A DNA stretch of 64,000 nucleotides, from positions 1 to 64,000 of IMG/VR virus record IMGVR_UViG_3300037189_006336; one strand, 5' to 3'. How positions within the stretch are numbered: the first letter of the stretch is position 1; every line of letters starts with the position of its first letter. This stretch comes from an uncultured virus (IMG/VR IMGVR_UViG_3300037189_006336). Its lineage: Duplodnaviria > Heunggongvirae > Uroviricota > Caudoviricetes. This document shows positions 9,803-19,917 of this stretch, in pieces. The translations under genes and the position numbers were made by a program. The notes below the pieces were generated by a model. It was not told the DNA's origin, made no database searches, and saw only the letters and a list, made by a program, of their open reading frames with translations.

Positions 9803-11113
9803 ATGAATTTAATCAATCAAGTTTACGGGTCCATAAAATGGAAAAAAACAGATCTTTTTTGTGCGGCTAAATTAGGTATTTCTATAGAAGAATATAGAAA
9901 GATTCGTGAACAAATAGAACAAACAAAATCTCTATTACAAGATGAAGTAGATAATAATCTTATTGAGATGTGTGGTAAACGAATGCTTGGCTTAATAACT
10001 GATGATTCTGTAAAAACTCAGATTGAAGAACACCTCGGTGATCTCACCAATGTGTTAACAAGTAAAAGAATAGAGTTTGAAGAAAACTTAGAACAAGGAA
10101 CCGGAAAGATTAAAATATTAGCTAGTAATGAACCAAAAGATCCAGATGAAGTAGAAGAACTTCTAAAGATAAAAAACTCTAAGAAATGGAAACTTTCCAA
10201 CTACTATAATAAACAACAACCTAATGGATTATGGCTTATTACAGGATTTGTAACACAACGCCAACTAAACGCCAAAGATCTTCTAGAAGAAACGCTTAAA
10301 AACTTTGATCCTTTCTCAGCTTCCATAGATAAAATAGAAACCCCTTCCCCTTTCACTAATCCTGTTCAAGGAATTATATCTGCTCAAGATTTACACTTTG
10401 GTAAAGAAGGTAATGAATCTATTGTTGATTCATTTAAAGAAGCTCTTAAAGAGCTTATGTATAAAAGCTATAGTTGTCATAATTTAGATAAACTAACTTT
10501 TGTATTAGGCGGTGATTTATTAAACATGGATACATTTATGGGAACCACAACAAGTGGTACACCAGTGTCAAATAACTCAAGCGCTCAGAAAGCTTACGAT
10601 ACAGCTTTTGATACAATGTATTGGGCTATACAGTTTATGAGTGGGTTTACAAAAAATCTAGAAATAATATATCTTCCTGGTAATCATGATAGATTAAGTT
10701 CATATCATATGGCTCACGCTTTATCTAAGTGTTTTAAAAATGATCTTACAATAACATTTGATGTAGAGTATGCTGAAAGAAAAGTAAAGACTTATGGTAT
10801 AAACTTCTTTGGATACGAACATGGTGATGTAAAGAGTAAGAACCCCGCGTTATTATATGCTACAGAGTTTTATCAAGAATGGGGAACTACAACTAATCGT
10901 GTTTGTTTTACTGGACATTGGCATACTAAAAAAGTAACAGAATATGTCACTGAGAATGAACAACACGGCTTTACTGTAAAGAGTTTACCAAGCCTTTGTA
11001 GTACAGACTACTGGCACTACCATAACAAGTTTACTGGATCTAAACGTCAGATGATTATAGAACTATATGACAAAGTAAAAGGTAAAGTTTCTGAATTTGT
11101 AGTTAATAGTTAA
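9803..11113 (+). CDS. Calcineurin-like metallophosphoesterase with N-terminal extension
   Basis: Complete motif set: DLH (QDLHFGK), GGDLLN, PGNHD, EHGD, GHWH. Confidence 0.85.
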   Translation: MNLINQVYGSIKWKKTDLFCAAKLGISIEEYRKIREQIEQTKSLLQDEVDNNLIEMCGKRMLGLITDDSVKTQIEEHLGDLTNVLTSKRIEFEENLEQGTGKIKILASNEPKDPDEVEELLKIKNSKKWKLSNYYNKQQPNGLWLITGFVTQRQLNAKDLLEETLKNFDPFSASIDKIETPSPFTNPVQGIISAQDLHFGKEGNESIVDSFKEALKELMYKSYSCHNLDKLTFVLGGDLLNMDTFMGTTTSGTPVSNNSSAQKAYDTAFDTMYWAIQFMSGFTKNLEIIYLPGNHDRLSSYHMAHALSKCFKNDLTITFDVEYAERKVKTYGINFFGYEHGDVKSKNPALLYATEFYQEWGTTTNRVCFTGHWHTKKVTEYVTENEQHGFTVKSLPSLCSTDYWHYHNKFTGSKRQMIIELYDKVKGKVSEFVVNS

Positions 11114-11166
11114 ACATTCTAAGTTTAATTTTAAAATGATACAAGTTTTTCGTAAATTATAGTATA
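11111..11166 (+). promoter_or_regulatory. Conserved 56-bp intergenic element (dyad plus putative late promoter), copy 1
   Basis: 42/56 ungapped identity to 24771-24826; TAAAC-N7-GTTTA dyad followed by GTAAATTATAGTATA. Confidence 0.6.
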
Positions 11167-11170
11167 AGTT

Positions 11171-11758
11171 TTGAAGAAAGTATTTAACAGTCCCGATTTA
11201 AACGCGCCAAGATATAGACCCACAGAAGTTAATTTATGTAATGCTAAACATTACAAAATGTTCTTGGAGCAAAATCCTAAACACGCTAACATTACTCTTG
11301 ATGAGTTTAAAAAAATCATATCAACGTTTAATGGAAACATTTGGAAAAATGTTATAGAAAGTAGAGATGGTATTGAGCTTCCAGAACAAGTGGGTTTTAT
11401 ATTTATAGGAACATGTCCAAGAAGAACAAAGATAAATGTAAACTTTACTAAATCTATTGAGCTAGGACAAATAGTTCAGTATCAAAACTGGGAAAGTGAC
11501 AACTATACAGCTAAGATTTTTTATACAAACTTTGAAACTAAATATAGATTTAAAAACAATGATCTATGGGGTTTTGAAGCTGTAAGAAATTTTAAAAGAA
11601 CCGTTGCTAAAACATATCCTGAAAAATGGAAACAATATATGTTAGTGGATGATTTAATCAGAGTGAGTAAACTTTTTAGAAGAAGTATAGGAAAAGAACT
11701 CAGACAAAAAGAAACATTAGATATATTAAAAGATTACGATGAATTTAATTTAACATAA
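11171..11758 (+). CDS. IHF/HU-like protein of the crAss-like tail module
   Basis: Basic protein with LDEFKKIISTF...GIELPEQVGFIFI resembling the HU/IHF helix-strand core; sits just before the ring/tube genes. TTG start uncertain. Confidence 0.5.
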   Translation: MKKVFNSPDLNAPRYRPTEVNLCNAKHYKMFLEQNPKHANITLDEFKKIISTFNGNIWKNVIESRDGIELPEQVGFIFIGTCPRRTKINVNFTKSIELGQIVQYQNWESDNYTAKIFYTNFETKYRFKNNDLWGFEAVRNFKRTVAKTYPEKWKQYMLVDDLIRVSKLFRRSIGKELRQKETLDILKDYDEFNLT

Positions 11759-11761
11759 GAT

Positions 11762-12436
11762 ATGCCAAAAAGTCTAATAGGTGATGTAGTATCGAGAATA
11801 CGTTCTCAAGTAAAAGCTGTTAAAACAGACAGTCTTCTTACAGACCGTGTTATATACACTTTTGTTTTAAAACACGCTAAGTTCCTTTTAAGACGAGAAG
11901 ATTCTAAGAATAAGATAATGTCTATGACATCTGTTATTCAAACTCTTCCTATTGTAGATCTTATAGAGGTAGATAAAATTGAAGCTCAATGTTCTGGTGT
12001 AAGTTCTGATTGTAAAATAAAAAGAACAAAAGATAGGCTTCCTACATTTCTAGAAGGATACTACGGACCTCTTATTAGAACGGTTGCTTCTGTAGATGGG
12101 TCAGAAGAGTTACAACCAACTCTTCCAAGTTCTTATTTAGCAATGGCTAATAGTAAAAACTTTAGATTTAATAAAACTAAATATTTTTGGTTCTTAAATG
12201 ACTATTTATATTTTCCTAACTTAGAATGGGACGCTGTAAGAATAGAAGGAATATTTGAAGAAGATATAAGTGCTTTTACCTGTGAGCCTGATGGTTGTAT
12301 AGATAAAACAGCTCAACCTTTTAATGTACCAGATTATCTTTATAGTGAACTTGAAGCTAATGTTGTAAAAGACTTATTAGGTCTTTATAGTGTACCAACT
12401 GATTCTACAATAGATAAACAAAATCCTTCTCGATAA
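11762..12436 (+). CDS. Tail ring / head-tail connector-type protein
   Basis: About 220 aa; pattern (SLLTDRVI...YFWFLNDYLY...GIFEED...FNVPDYL) and position match crAss-like ring proteins. Confidence 0.55.
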   Translation: MPKSLIGDVVSRIRSQVKAVKTDSLLTDRVIYTFVLKHAKFLLRREDSKNKIMSMTSVIQTLPIVDLIEVDKIEAQCSGVSSDCKIKRTKDRLPTFLEGYYGPLIRTVASVDGSEELQPTLPSSYLAMANSKNFRFNKTKYFWFLNDYLYFPNLEWDAVRIEGIFEEDISAFTCEPDGCIDKTAQPFNVPDYLYSELEANVVKDLLGLYSVPTDSTIDKQNPSR

Positions 12437-13371
12437 TGAATACCGAATTAAGATACAAAACTTTTGATGAGCTACTTAATGAAGTAGCTTCAGATTTTAG
12501 AGCTTATAACAATGAGGGTATGATTGAACCTGGGCAACTTATTAAAGTTGCTCAACGTGTTTCATATGATCTTGGTTTAAAAATTCATGGTACTAAAGAA
12601 AAGCTTATAGAAATAGAATATAGTAAAACAAAACTACCAGATGACTTTTACACTTTAAACTACGCAATGTTATGTAGAAGTTACAGAGTAGAAACTCCTG
12701 TTTTACAAGGAAGACAAACTGAGAATGTTGTTTTAAATAAAAAGAATGTTTATTTAAACGGTGAGCTTTGTAATAAATGTGGATATGAACAACAAGAATG
12801 TGGTTGTGAATCTACATATAGTGTACAATGTGAAACTGGTGAAAAGATATTTGTACAAGTTGTAGAAAAACGTAAAACAGAAACACGAGTATACGAAGAA
12901 TTTGAAAGAGTGTATATATCAGCTGATACTGGTAAACTAGATGCTTTAGATAGAGTTGGTAGTTATGATGAGCACCAACCACAACAAAAGACAGCTTATA
13001 TAAAGAATGGATTTATATATACTAATTTCCCTCAAGGAAAACTGTTTATATCCTATCAGGGGGCCCTGGAAGATGACAATGGAAATCTTCTTGTATTAGA
13101 TCATCCTATGATTAATGAGTATTATGAATATGCATTAAAACAACGTATACTAGAAAATTTATATATAGAAGGAGAAGATGTTGTACAGAGATTACAACTT
13201 ATAGAAACCAAACTAAAACAAGCGCGTAACTATGCGTTATCTATAGTAAACACTCCTAACTTCTCTGAGATGTATCAATTATGGCAGATGAATCGTAAAG
13301 CTCAGTATAGTAAATATTACGATATGTTTAAATCAGGAGAAGTACAAACATTGGTGTTACCTAAAAAATAA
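12436..13371 (+). CDS. Tail tubular/ring protein (P22 gp4-like Ttub)
   Basis: KLPDDF, YIKNGFIYTNFPQGKLFISYQG...DDNG.LLVLD motifs; immediately upstream of the stabilisation protein as in crAss-like gene order. Confidence 0.65.
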   Translation: MNTELRYKTFDELLNEVASDFRAYNNEGMIEPGQLIKVAQRVSYDLGLKIHGTKEKLIEIEYSKTKLPDDFYTLNYAMLCRSYRVETPVLQGRQTENVVLNKKNVYLNGELCNKCGYEQQECGCESTYSVQCETGEKIFVQVVEKRKTETRVYEEFERVYISADTGKLDALDRVGSYDEHQPQQKTAYIKNGFIYTNFPQGKLFISYQGALEDDNGNLLVLDHPMINEYYEYALKQRILENLYIEGEDVVQRLQLIETKLKQARNYALSIVNTPNFSEMYQLWQMNRKAQYSKYYDMFKSGEVQTLVLPKK

Positions 13372-13377
13372 TAAAAT

Positions 13378-16300
13378 ATGCCAGATCAACAACAACCTAT
13401 GGCTCCGGGTGGCGTTAACACATTCTCTAAAGGAATGGTTAAAGATCATAATGAAACTTTTTTAGGAGAAGGTATATATACGCACGCGCGTAACGCGGTG
13501 AATAATTCACACGATGGTCAGATTGGTGTAATAGGTAATGAACCTTCTAATTTTAAATGTGTCCAACTACCATACACTCTTATTGGTAGTGTATATGTTT
13601 CTGAAAGTAAATGGGTAGTGTTTACTACTGATGATATTAATTCAGAAATAGGAATATTTGATGAGAATCTTTGTGGTAGTGAATTAGCTTATCAAAAGTT
13701 AGTTAACTCATCATGTTTAAACTTTAAACGTACAAATCCTATAACCGCAATATATCGTAAAAGATATGATTGTGAAAGAATAATATACTGGGATGATGGA
13801 TTAAATCCAACACGTTCTGTTGATATAGATAGATTAGATTATACATCATCTCTTCCAAATCTTCCTTTTGAATATACAGAAACTAATGTTAATGGTTGTA
13901 TACTTAAAAAATATACTTCAACATTAGATTGTGAGAAAATAAGAATTGTTCCTCGTATACAACACCCATGTTTAATTCTTACTAAGGGTGTATCCGCGGG
14001 AAGTTTACCTAACGGATCATATCAAGTGTGTATAGCTTATACAGTAAATCAGGTAAGAGTTACAGATCTTATAGGTCTTTCTGAAGTACAAAGTGTTTTT
14101 ACACATGAGAATACATCATCTAGTCTTAAACTCACTATTAGTAATATGGATTCATCTTTTGATGAGTTTGAAGTTGTATTAATAGCTGCGTTTAATCAAC
14201 AAACAGTTGCTAAAAGTATCGGCTTTTATTCTACTAGTCAAGGAACTATTCTTATAGATAGACTTGATAATGAGTTTGTTAATGTTCCATTAAGTGAGGT
14301 GGTGTTAAGAACAGAGCCTGTAGAAAAATCTGATGCGATATATACACTTAATAACTATGTACTTAGATTAGGCGTATATAGTAAATATAAGTTTAACTAT
14401 CAGTTACAAGCTAATGATATAAAAGCTAATTGGGTTGTTGTTAAATATCCTTTTGATTATTATTCTAAAGGCGGTAATAACACCGGATATATGAGAGATG
14501 AGCAGTATTCATTCTTTATAAGATGGGTTTATAATACTGGTGAGTTTAGTGAAAGTTATCACATACCGGGTAGAAAAGGATCAATTGATGAATTAAGTGA
14601 TTCTAGTAGTTTAGATGCATTTGAATCATTAGAAGGTGTTATTATTAAAAAGTGGCAGATTGAAAACACAGCTGTTATAACATCTTCTACTCAATCAACA
14701 CTTTCTGATGGTGGTGTTGTGATAGCTAAAGGATTAATGGGATATTGGGAATCTACAGAAAAATATCCTGGAGATAGACCTGATATATGGGGACCGCTTT
14801 GTGGTCAAGCTATAAGACATCATAAGATGCCAGATGTATCTATAAGTGATATGTTAAATCATTTTAGTGATGATGGAGGATCTATAAATATATTAGGTGT
14901 ACAGTTTGATAATATAGCACATCCTTTAGATCAGAATGGTGATATTATTAGTTCTATAGTTGGGTATGAAATATTAAGAGGATCAAGAGAAGGAAATAAA
15001 ACAATAGTAGCAAAAGGTCTTTTAAATAATATGAGAGAATATCCTATTCCAGGAAATATCTCTAATAAAGGATTAATGCAAAACTATCCATATAATGATT
15101 TGAGAGCTGATAGTTATTTAACTACTGAAGAACAAGATGGATATAATGGATCCGCTACACCTTCTAGTAGTAAGATGAGTGGATATAGACAAGATATATT
15201 TAGTTTTCATAGTCCTGAAGTCTCTTTTAGTAATCCTTATTTAAGTCTTAGTGAAGTTAAGGTGTATCAACAATTGAATGGTATATCTACAGGATCTTTT
15301 ACCACTCCTTATAAACATCCTAAATTTAAAGTATTAACTGACGCGGACTCTGTAATAGGAAGTATAGTTGGTGTTATATCTGCAGCTACAATATTTAGTA
15401 AAGGAATTGAAATAGGCGCTACTGCGGATAATCCTATAGGAATGAAAATAGGCCCCCTTCCTCCGTTTCCTACAGCATCATCAATTTTACCAACTGTAAG
15501 TTCTACTGGAGCACCTTTAGTACCTTCACTAGCTACTTTAGCTAGTGATGCTGCATATGTTGGTAACTTAGTTACTTGGGGAATAGAAGCTGCTCAAGCT
15601 ATTATATTTATAGCAACATTTGCTGAGTTACAGAAAGAAAAGTTTCTTTCTCTAATGATGATGTTAATACCTAAAGGACAGTTTGCTGCTCAATATACTA
15701 GTCATGGATTCTATAATAAATCAGTAACAAATAAAGCGGGAAATATTCGTAGAAAAGTAATAGATGTTTCTTATGTTGGAAATGGTGTACAACAGTTTGG
15801 TGTAGGTCATCAAATAAATAATCTAAACAGAAGTAAGGTGGTGGTGGTAAAAACAAGTAAAACACTACCAAACCCAACACTTCAAGATAATAGTAGATAT
15901 ACTATGGGTGATATTAATACAGAACTAAATGTAAATAATACAACTAATATATCATCTTACTATGGCGCTTTGAAAACAAGTCTTCCGTCACAATATGGTC
16001 AACTAGAAAGTATTAAACAACTTCCTATATCTACATGTATACAAGCTTCTAATCCTAAAAAGAATCAAGTTGTATCATCTGATGTTATGTTTGGAGGAGA
16101 TATTTATATTAACCGTTTTACAGAAAAGAATACAATGTTCTTTTTTAATTCTTGGTTAATGGGTGAACCAGATGAGATAGAGTATGATTATACATTATAC
16201 ACTAACGTACCATATCCTAGATTTTGGCTTAACAGTATTGAACAAAAACGTTCATTATTAATGACATCATCTAAATATAGAGTGTTAGATAAACGTGAAT

Positions 16301-18000
16301 CAGAAATCACTTATGTAAGAAAAGGATATTTTTATTTATTTAATTCTGGGGTAAGAGACTTTTTTGTAGAGAGCGAGATAAATCTAGGATATAGAGATTG
16401 GGATGATGATATAGCTAAACGACATTATGACCCGGCCAGATATACAGATCTTGTTTCTCTTTTTAGAAGTGATGTAATTAGAAGTGGTAACTTCTATAAA
16501 TATGATTATAGTCTTAGTATTTCTAAGTTATTTAATAGTTCTATATCGTGGGGTAATATGTTACCAAGAGATTATAATCCTACTACTGCATCTACATGTT
16601 ATGTATATAGACCAAATAGAGTAATATATTCTCTTCCGCAAAATGATCAAAGTAAACAAGATGCTTGGAGATTATTTTTAGCTAATAATTTTAAAGATTT
16701 TAGAAGTAGAGTAACTTCTATAAAAGCTATAAATAAAACAGGAGCGTTGTTTATGATGAAATATGCATCACCTGTTATGTTTATTGGTACAGAAGAACTT
16801 AAATTAAATGGTACTAATACAGCTGTTACAATAGGTAATGGAGCTTTATTTGCAAATAATCAAAACTTACAATCTACAGCTAATGCTGAAGATAGTTATG
16901 AATATGGATCTAATCAAAGTAGATTCTCATCTATAAATACAACTCATGGTGTATTCTGGGTAAGTCAAAATCAAGGTAAAATATTTGTATACGCTCCTCA
17001 TAAAGGAGAAAATATGGTGGATATTACAGCTAATGGAATGATGAAGTATTGGTTTGCTAAATATCTTCCTTCACAGCTTTTAAAAGTGTATCCAGGATAT
17101 ATTCAAGATGATAACACTATAATTGGAGTTGGTGTACAGATGAGTTATGATGCTACTAATGAAATAATTTATGTATCTAAAAAAGATTACAAACCATTAA
17201 CAGACAAACTAACATATGATGTAAATGGTAATTTTTATAACAATGGACAAAAAGTAGAACTCACTGATACAACTTATTTTGAGGAAGCATCTTGGACCGC
17301 GTCATTTGATCCTAAATCTAAGATGTGGATATCATTCCATGACTGGATTCCTACATTAACTTTAGCTGGTAGATTACATCTTATGTCTGTAAATAGTGAT
17401 TCTATATGGATGCATAATGTAAGATGTGATAGTTATTGTAACTTCTACGGAATAGATTATCCATTTGATATTGAGTTTGTATCATCTACTGGTCAACAAG
17501 TTAACTCTGTAAGAAACATTGAGTATCTTCTTGAAGTGTATAAGATGCATAATGATTGTAAAGATAAGTTTCATGTATTAGATACAAACTTTGATTACGC
17601 CATAGTATATAACTCAGAACAGATTTCGGGAACATTACATCTTAATTTAATGGATAGAAATAATCCATTAACTATATTAGGGTATCCTAAAATATATTCT
17701 GATCATATAGATATTAACTTTTCTAAAGTAGAACAGAAATATAGATTTAATCAGTTTTGGGATATAACAAAAGACCGTGGTGAGCGTAATTCATCTATAG
17801 ATGTTCCAATGTTTAATACCTCAGCTAATGGATATGAGTATCCAATTAATCCTGAGTATGTAAATTATGATAAAGTTTCTTTAGAACGTAAGAAGTTTAG
17901 ACACACTATTAATAAAGTGTTTTTAAGAAAATCTTTATCCGGTAATCAAAAGCTTCTATTTAAAATCTCTAATGTTAAAAATCTTAATTCTCCTAGATAA
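13378..18000 (+). CDS. Tail stabilisation / muzzle protein (P22 gp10-like Tstab)
   Basis: 1540 aa; NTFSKGMVKD start, IYWDDGLNP, GYMRDEQYSF, FGGDIYI, WISFHDW motifs typical of this crAss-like protein. Confidence 0.75.
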   Translation: MPDQQQPMAPGGVNTFSKGMVKDHNETFLGEGIYTHARNAVNNSHDGQIGVIGNEPSNFKCVQLPYTLIGSVYVSESKWVVFTTDDINSEIGIFDENLCGSELAYQKLVNSSCLNFKRTNPITAIYRKRYDCERIIYWDDGLNPTRSVDIDRLDYTSSLPNLPFEYTETNVNGCILKKYTSTLDCEKIRIVPRIQHPCLILTKGVSAGSLPNGSYQVCIAYTVNQVRVTDLIGLSEVQSVFTHENTSSSLKLTISNMDSSFDEFEVVLIAAFNQQTVAKSIGFYSTSQGTILIDRLDNEFVNVPLSEVVLRTEPVEKSDAIYTLNNYVLRLGVYSKYKFNYQLQANDIKANWVVVKYPFDYYSKGGNNTGYMRDEQYSFFIRWVYNTGEFSESYHIPGRKGSIDELSDSSSLDAFESLEGVIIKKWQIENTAVITSSTQSTLSDGGVVIAKGLMGYWESTEKYPGDRPDIWGPLCGQAIRHHKMPDVSISDMLNHFSDDGGSINILGVQFDNIAHPLDQNGDIISSIVGYEILRGSREGNKTIVAKGLLNNMREYPIPGNISNKGLMQNYPYNDLRADSYLTTEEQDGYNGSATPSSSKMSGYRQDIFSFHSPEVSFSNPYLSLSEVKVYQQLNGISTGSFTTPYKHPKFKVLTDADSVIGSIVGVISAATIFSKGIEIGATADNPIGMKIGPLPPFPTASSILPTVSSTGAPLVPSLATLASDAAYVGNLVTWGIEAAQAIIFIATFAELQKEKFLSLMMMLIPKGQFAAQYTSHGFYNKSVTNKAGNIRRKVIDVSYVGNGVQQFGVGHQINNLNRSKVVVVKTSKTLPNPTLQDNSRYTMGDINTELNVNNTTNISSYYGALKTSLPSQYGQLESIKQLPISTCIQASNPKKNQVVSSDVMFGGDIYINRFTEKNTMFFFNSWLMGEPDEIEYDYTLYTNVPYPRFWLNSIEQKRSLLMTSSKYRVLDKRESEITYVRKGYFYLFNSGVRDFFVESEINLGYRDWDDDIAKRHYDPARYTDLVSLFRSDVIRSGNFYKYDYSLSISKLFNSSISWGNMLPRDYNPTTASTCYVYRPNRVIYSLPQNDQSKQDAWRLFLANNFKDFRSRVTSIKAINKTGALFMMKYASPVMFIGTEELKLNGTNTAVTIGNGALFANNQNLQSTANAEDSYEYGSNQSRFSSINTTHGVFWVSQNQGKIFVYAPHKGENMVDITANGMMKYWFAKYLPSQLLKVYPGYIQDDNTIIGVGVQMSYDATNEIIYVSKKDYKPLTDKLTYDVNGNFYNNGQKVELTDTTYFEEASWTASFDPKSKMWISFHDWIPTLTLAGRLHLMSVNSDSIWMHNVRCDSYCNFYGIDYPFDIEFVSSTGQQVNSVRNIEYLLEVYKMHNDCKDKFHVLDTNFDYAIVYNSEQISGTLHLNLMDRNNPLTILGYPKIYSDHIDINFSKVEQKYRFNQFWDITKDRGERNSSIDVPMFNTSANGYEYPINPEYVNYDKVSLERKKFRHTINKVFLRKSLSGNQKLLFKISNVKNLNSPR

Positions 18001-19886
18001 TGAAAAAACTTCTTCCTTTTATCTCTGATTCTTTGGGTCCCAGTTGGTTAGATAAATACCAGGGGGGTGGTAATGTAAAACCTAAAATAGGTTATACCCC
18101 TAATGGTGATATCAAAAATAATATCAAAGTAATTCCTTCAAAAGATACTTCTATAGATGATGTAAATTATGTTAGAAATTATAAACAACCTTACGAACCA
18201 ACACAAGGTGTTAAAGATTTAAAAGCTAAATTAGCCACTATATCATTATCTACAACACCTATTAAAGAAACTCCTTTAGGAGAAGGTATAGATTTACTTA
18301 ATACTGTAGGTGACTTTTATACAGGAAGTAGATATTTAATGGATGGACAAACTAAAAAAGGATTGATAGATATAGGTGAAGGTGTATTAAACTTTATTCC
18401 ATTTATAAAAGGAAAAATTCCTACAGGATGGGATGCAGCTCTTACAAAAGGTCCACTTTTACCACAATTAAGTAGATTAGGCAAATCTTATAACAACATA
18501 TTACATCTTTCACAAAAAGCCGCTGATGTAGATAATATAAAAGATGGATCATGGTTAAATAAATATGCTCAAGGTGGCACATATGGTGATCCTCTTTCTC
18601 CACGTATTATGAATCTACCAGCATCTTATAAAATGAATAGTTATGATAAAGGTGGAAATATAATAACTGATCCTATGGGACAATGGGCCCATCCTGGTTC
18701 TATTACACGTATACCATCTAATGATATAACTATGCGCGGTGTTTTTAAACCTTTGATAGGAGTATCGAATACAGGACATATACAGTATATGGAACCTGGT
18801 AAAGATTATAAATTTAATGGAGAGTATGTAACAGAGTATCCTATAATGCAAAATGGTGGCAGTAAACCTACATCACAAGATAGTTTAGCTTTATATAATA
18901 ATACATTAGCATTACAGAATTATTATAAAAAATATAAAAAAAGTAGTGAACAATTATCTTCTAAAGGAAATGAATTTGAAAATTTAGATCGTGCTGCTAA
19001 TAATAAATGGAGATTTCCTTCAACAATACCTTCTAAAAATTGGTTTGGTAATCCTTCTAGTAAAACAGAAATTTTAAAAGATAGTGATATTAGACAAATA
19101 GTAGATTCAAATAAATTTAAGCAAAGGGAATTAGCTACATCTATTTTAGATACAAATGCTCCTTTTGCATTATACGATAGAAGAATTCCACCTAAAAAAA
19201 TTATTCATTATATAAATGAAATAGAAGGTGATCCATTAGTAGGTGATTTCATAGATATTCCATCTTACGATCCAACTGATATTAAACCCTATAGTATGCG
19301 TACACCTGCTGAAAAGATTATAGAGGATAAAAATTATCTTCAACCCAAACAAAAATCTATTAAACCACAACATCAAGATATATATTTAACTCCCACTAAT
19401 AGTACTAAAAAAATAATTAAACAGTCAGAACAATATAAACCTTTAACTCCTGGTCAAATAATACCTAATAAGTTAAATATAGATGAAGGAGATGTTCCAC
19501 AACATTTGTCTAATCAACAAATATCTACTCAACAGCCTTATCAAGGATTTGGCGCCAGACCTGTGTATGATGAAAACAACACATATTTAGGAACACCTGT
19601 TTATGTTGGTAATAATATTGTACTTAGAGATAACAGTGGTAATTATATTGGTAATCCTATAAGTAAAGAAGAATATCATCAATATGGAAATACAGATACT
19701 TCATTAAGAGGAAGATTTATTCCTAAACAAAAGAATGGTGGTAGACTTCTTAGTAAGTCTGTTACATGTTCTAATTGTGGATGGTCATGGAAAGCAACAG
19801 ATGGAGGATTAGATCCTTTAACATGTCATAAGTGTGGTGGAACTATTAAAATGAAAAATGGTGGTTGGTTAGACAACTATAATTAG
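18000..19886 (+). CDS. Modular putative cargo protein with [YM]xxGG repeats and C-terminal zinc ribbon
   Basis: YQGGG, YAQGG, YDKGG, MQNGG, MKNGG; WL(D/N)(K/N)Y occurs three times; CSNC...CHKC near the C-terminus. Confidence 0.6.
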   Translation: MKKLLPFISDSLGPSWLDKYQGGGNVKPKIGYTPNGDIKNNIKVIPSKDTSIDDVNYVRNYKQPYEPTQGVKDLKAKLATISLSTTPIKETPLGEGIDLLNTVGDFYTGSRYLMDGQTKKGLIDIGEGVLNFIPFIKGKIPTGWDAALTKGPLLPQLSRLGKSYNNILHLSQKAADVDNIKDGSWLNKYAQGGTYGDPLSPRIMNLPASYKMNSYDKGGNIITDPMGQWAHPGSITRIPSNDITMRGVFKPLIGVSNTGHIQYMEPGKDYKFNGEYVTEYPIMQNGGSKPTSQDSLALYNNTLALQNYYKKYKKSSEQLSSKGNEFENLDRAANNKWRFPSTIPSKNWFGNPSSKTEILKDSDIRQIVDSNKFKQRELATSILDTNAPFALYDRRIPPKKIIHYINEIEGDPLVGDFIDIPSYDPTDIKPYSMRTPAEKIIEDKNYLQPKQKSIKPQHQDIYLTPTNSTKKIIKQSEQYKPLTPGQIIPNKLNIDEGDVPQHLSNQQISTQQPYQGFGARPVYDENNTYLGTPVYVGNNIVLRDNSGNYIGNPISKEEYHQYGNTDTSLRGRFIPKQKNGGRLLSKSVTCSNCGWSWKATDGGLDPLTCHKCGGTIKMKNGGWLDNYN

Positions 19887-19917
19887 TTAAACAGATAAAT
19901 AAAGATTATATTATATT

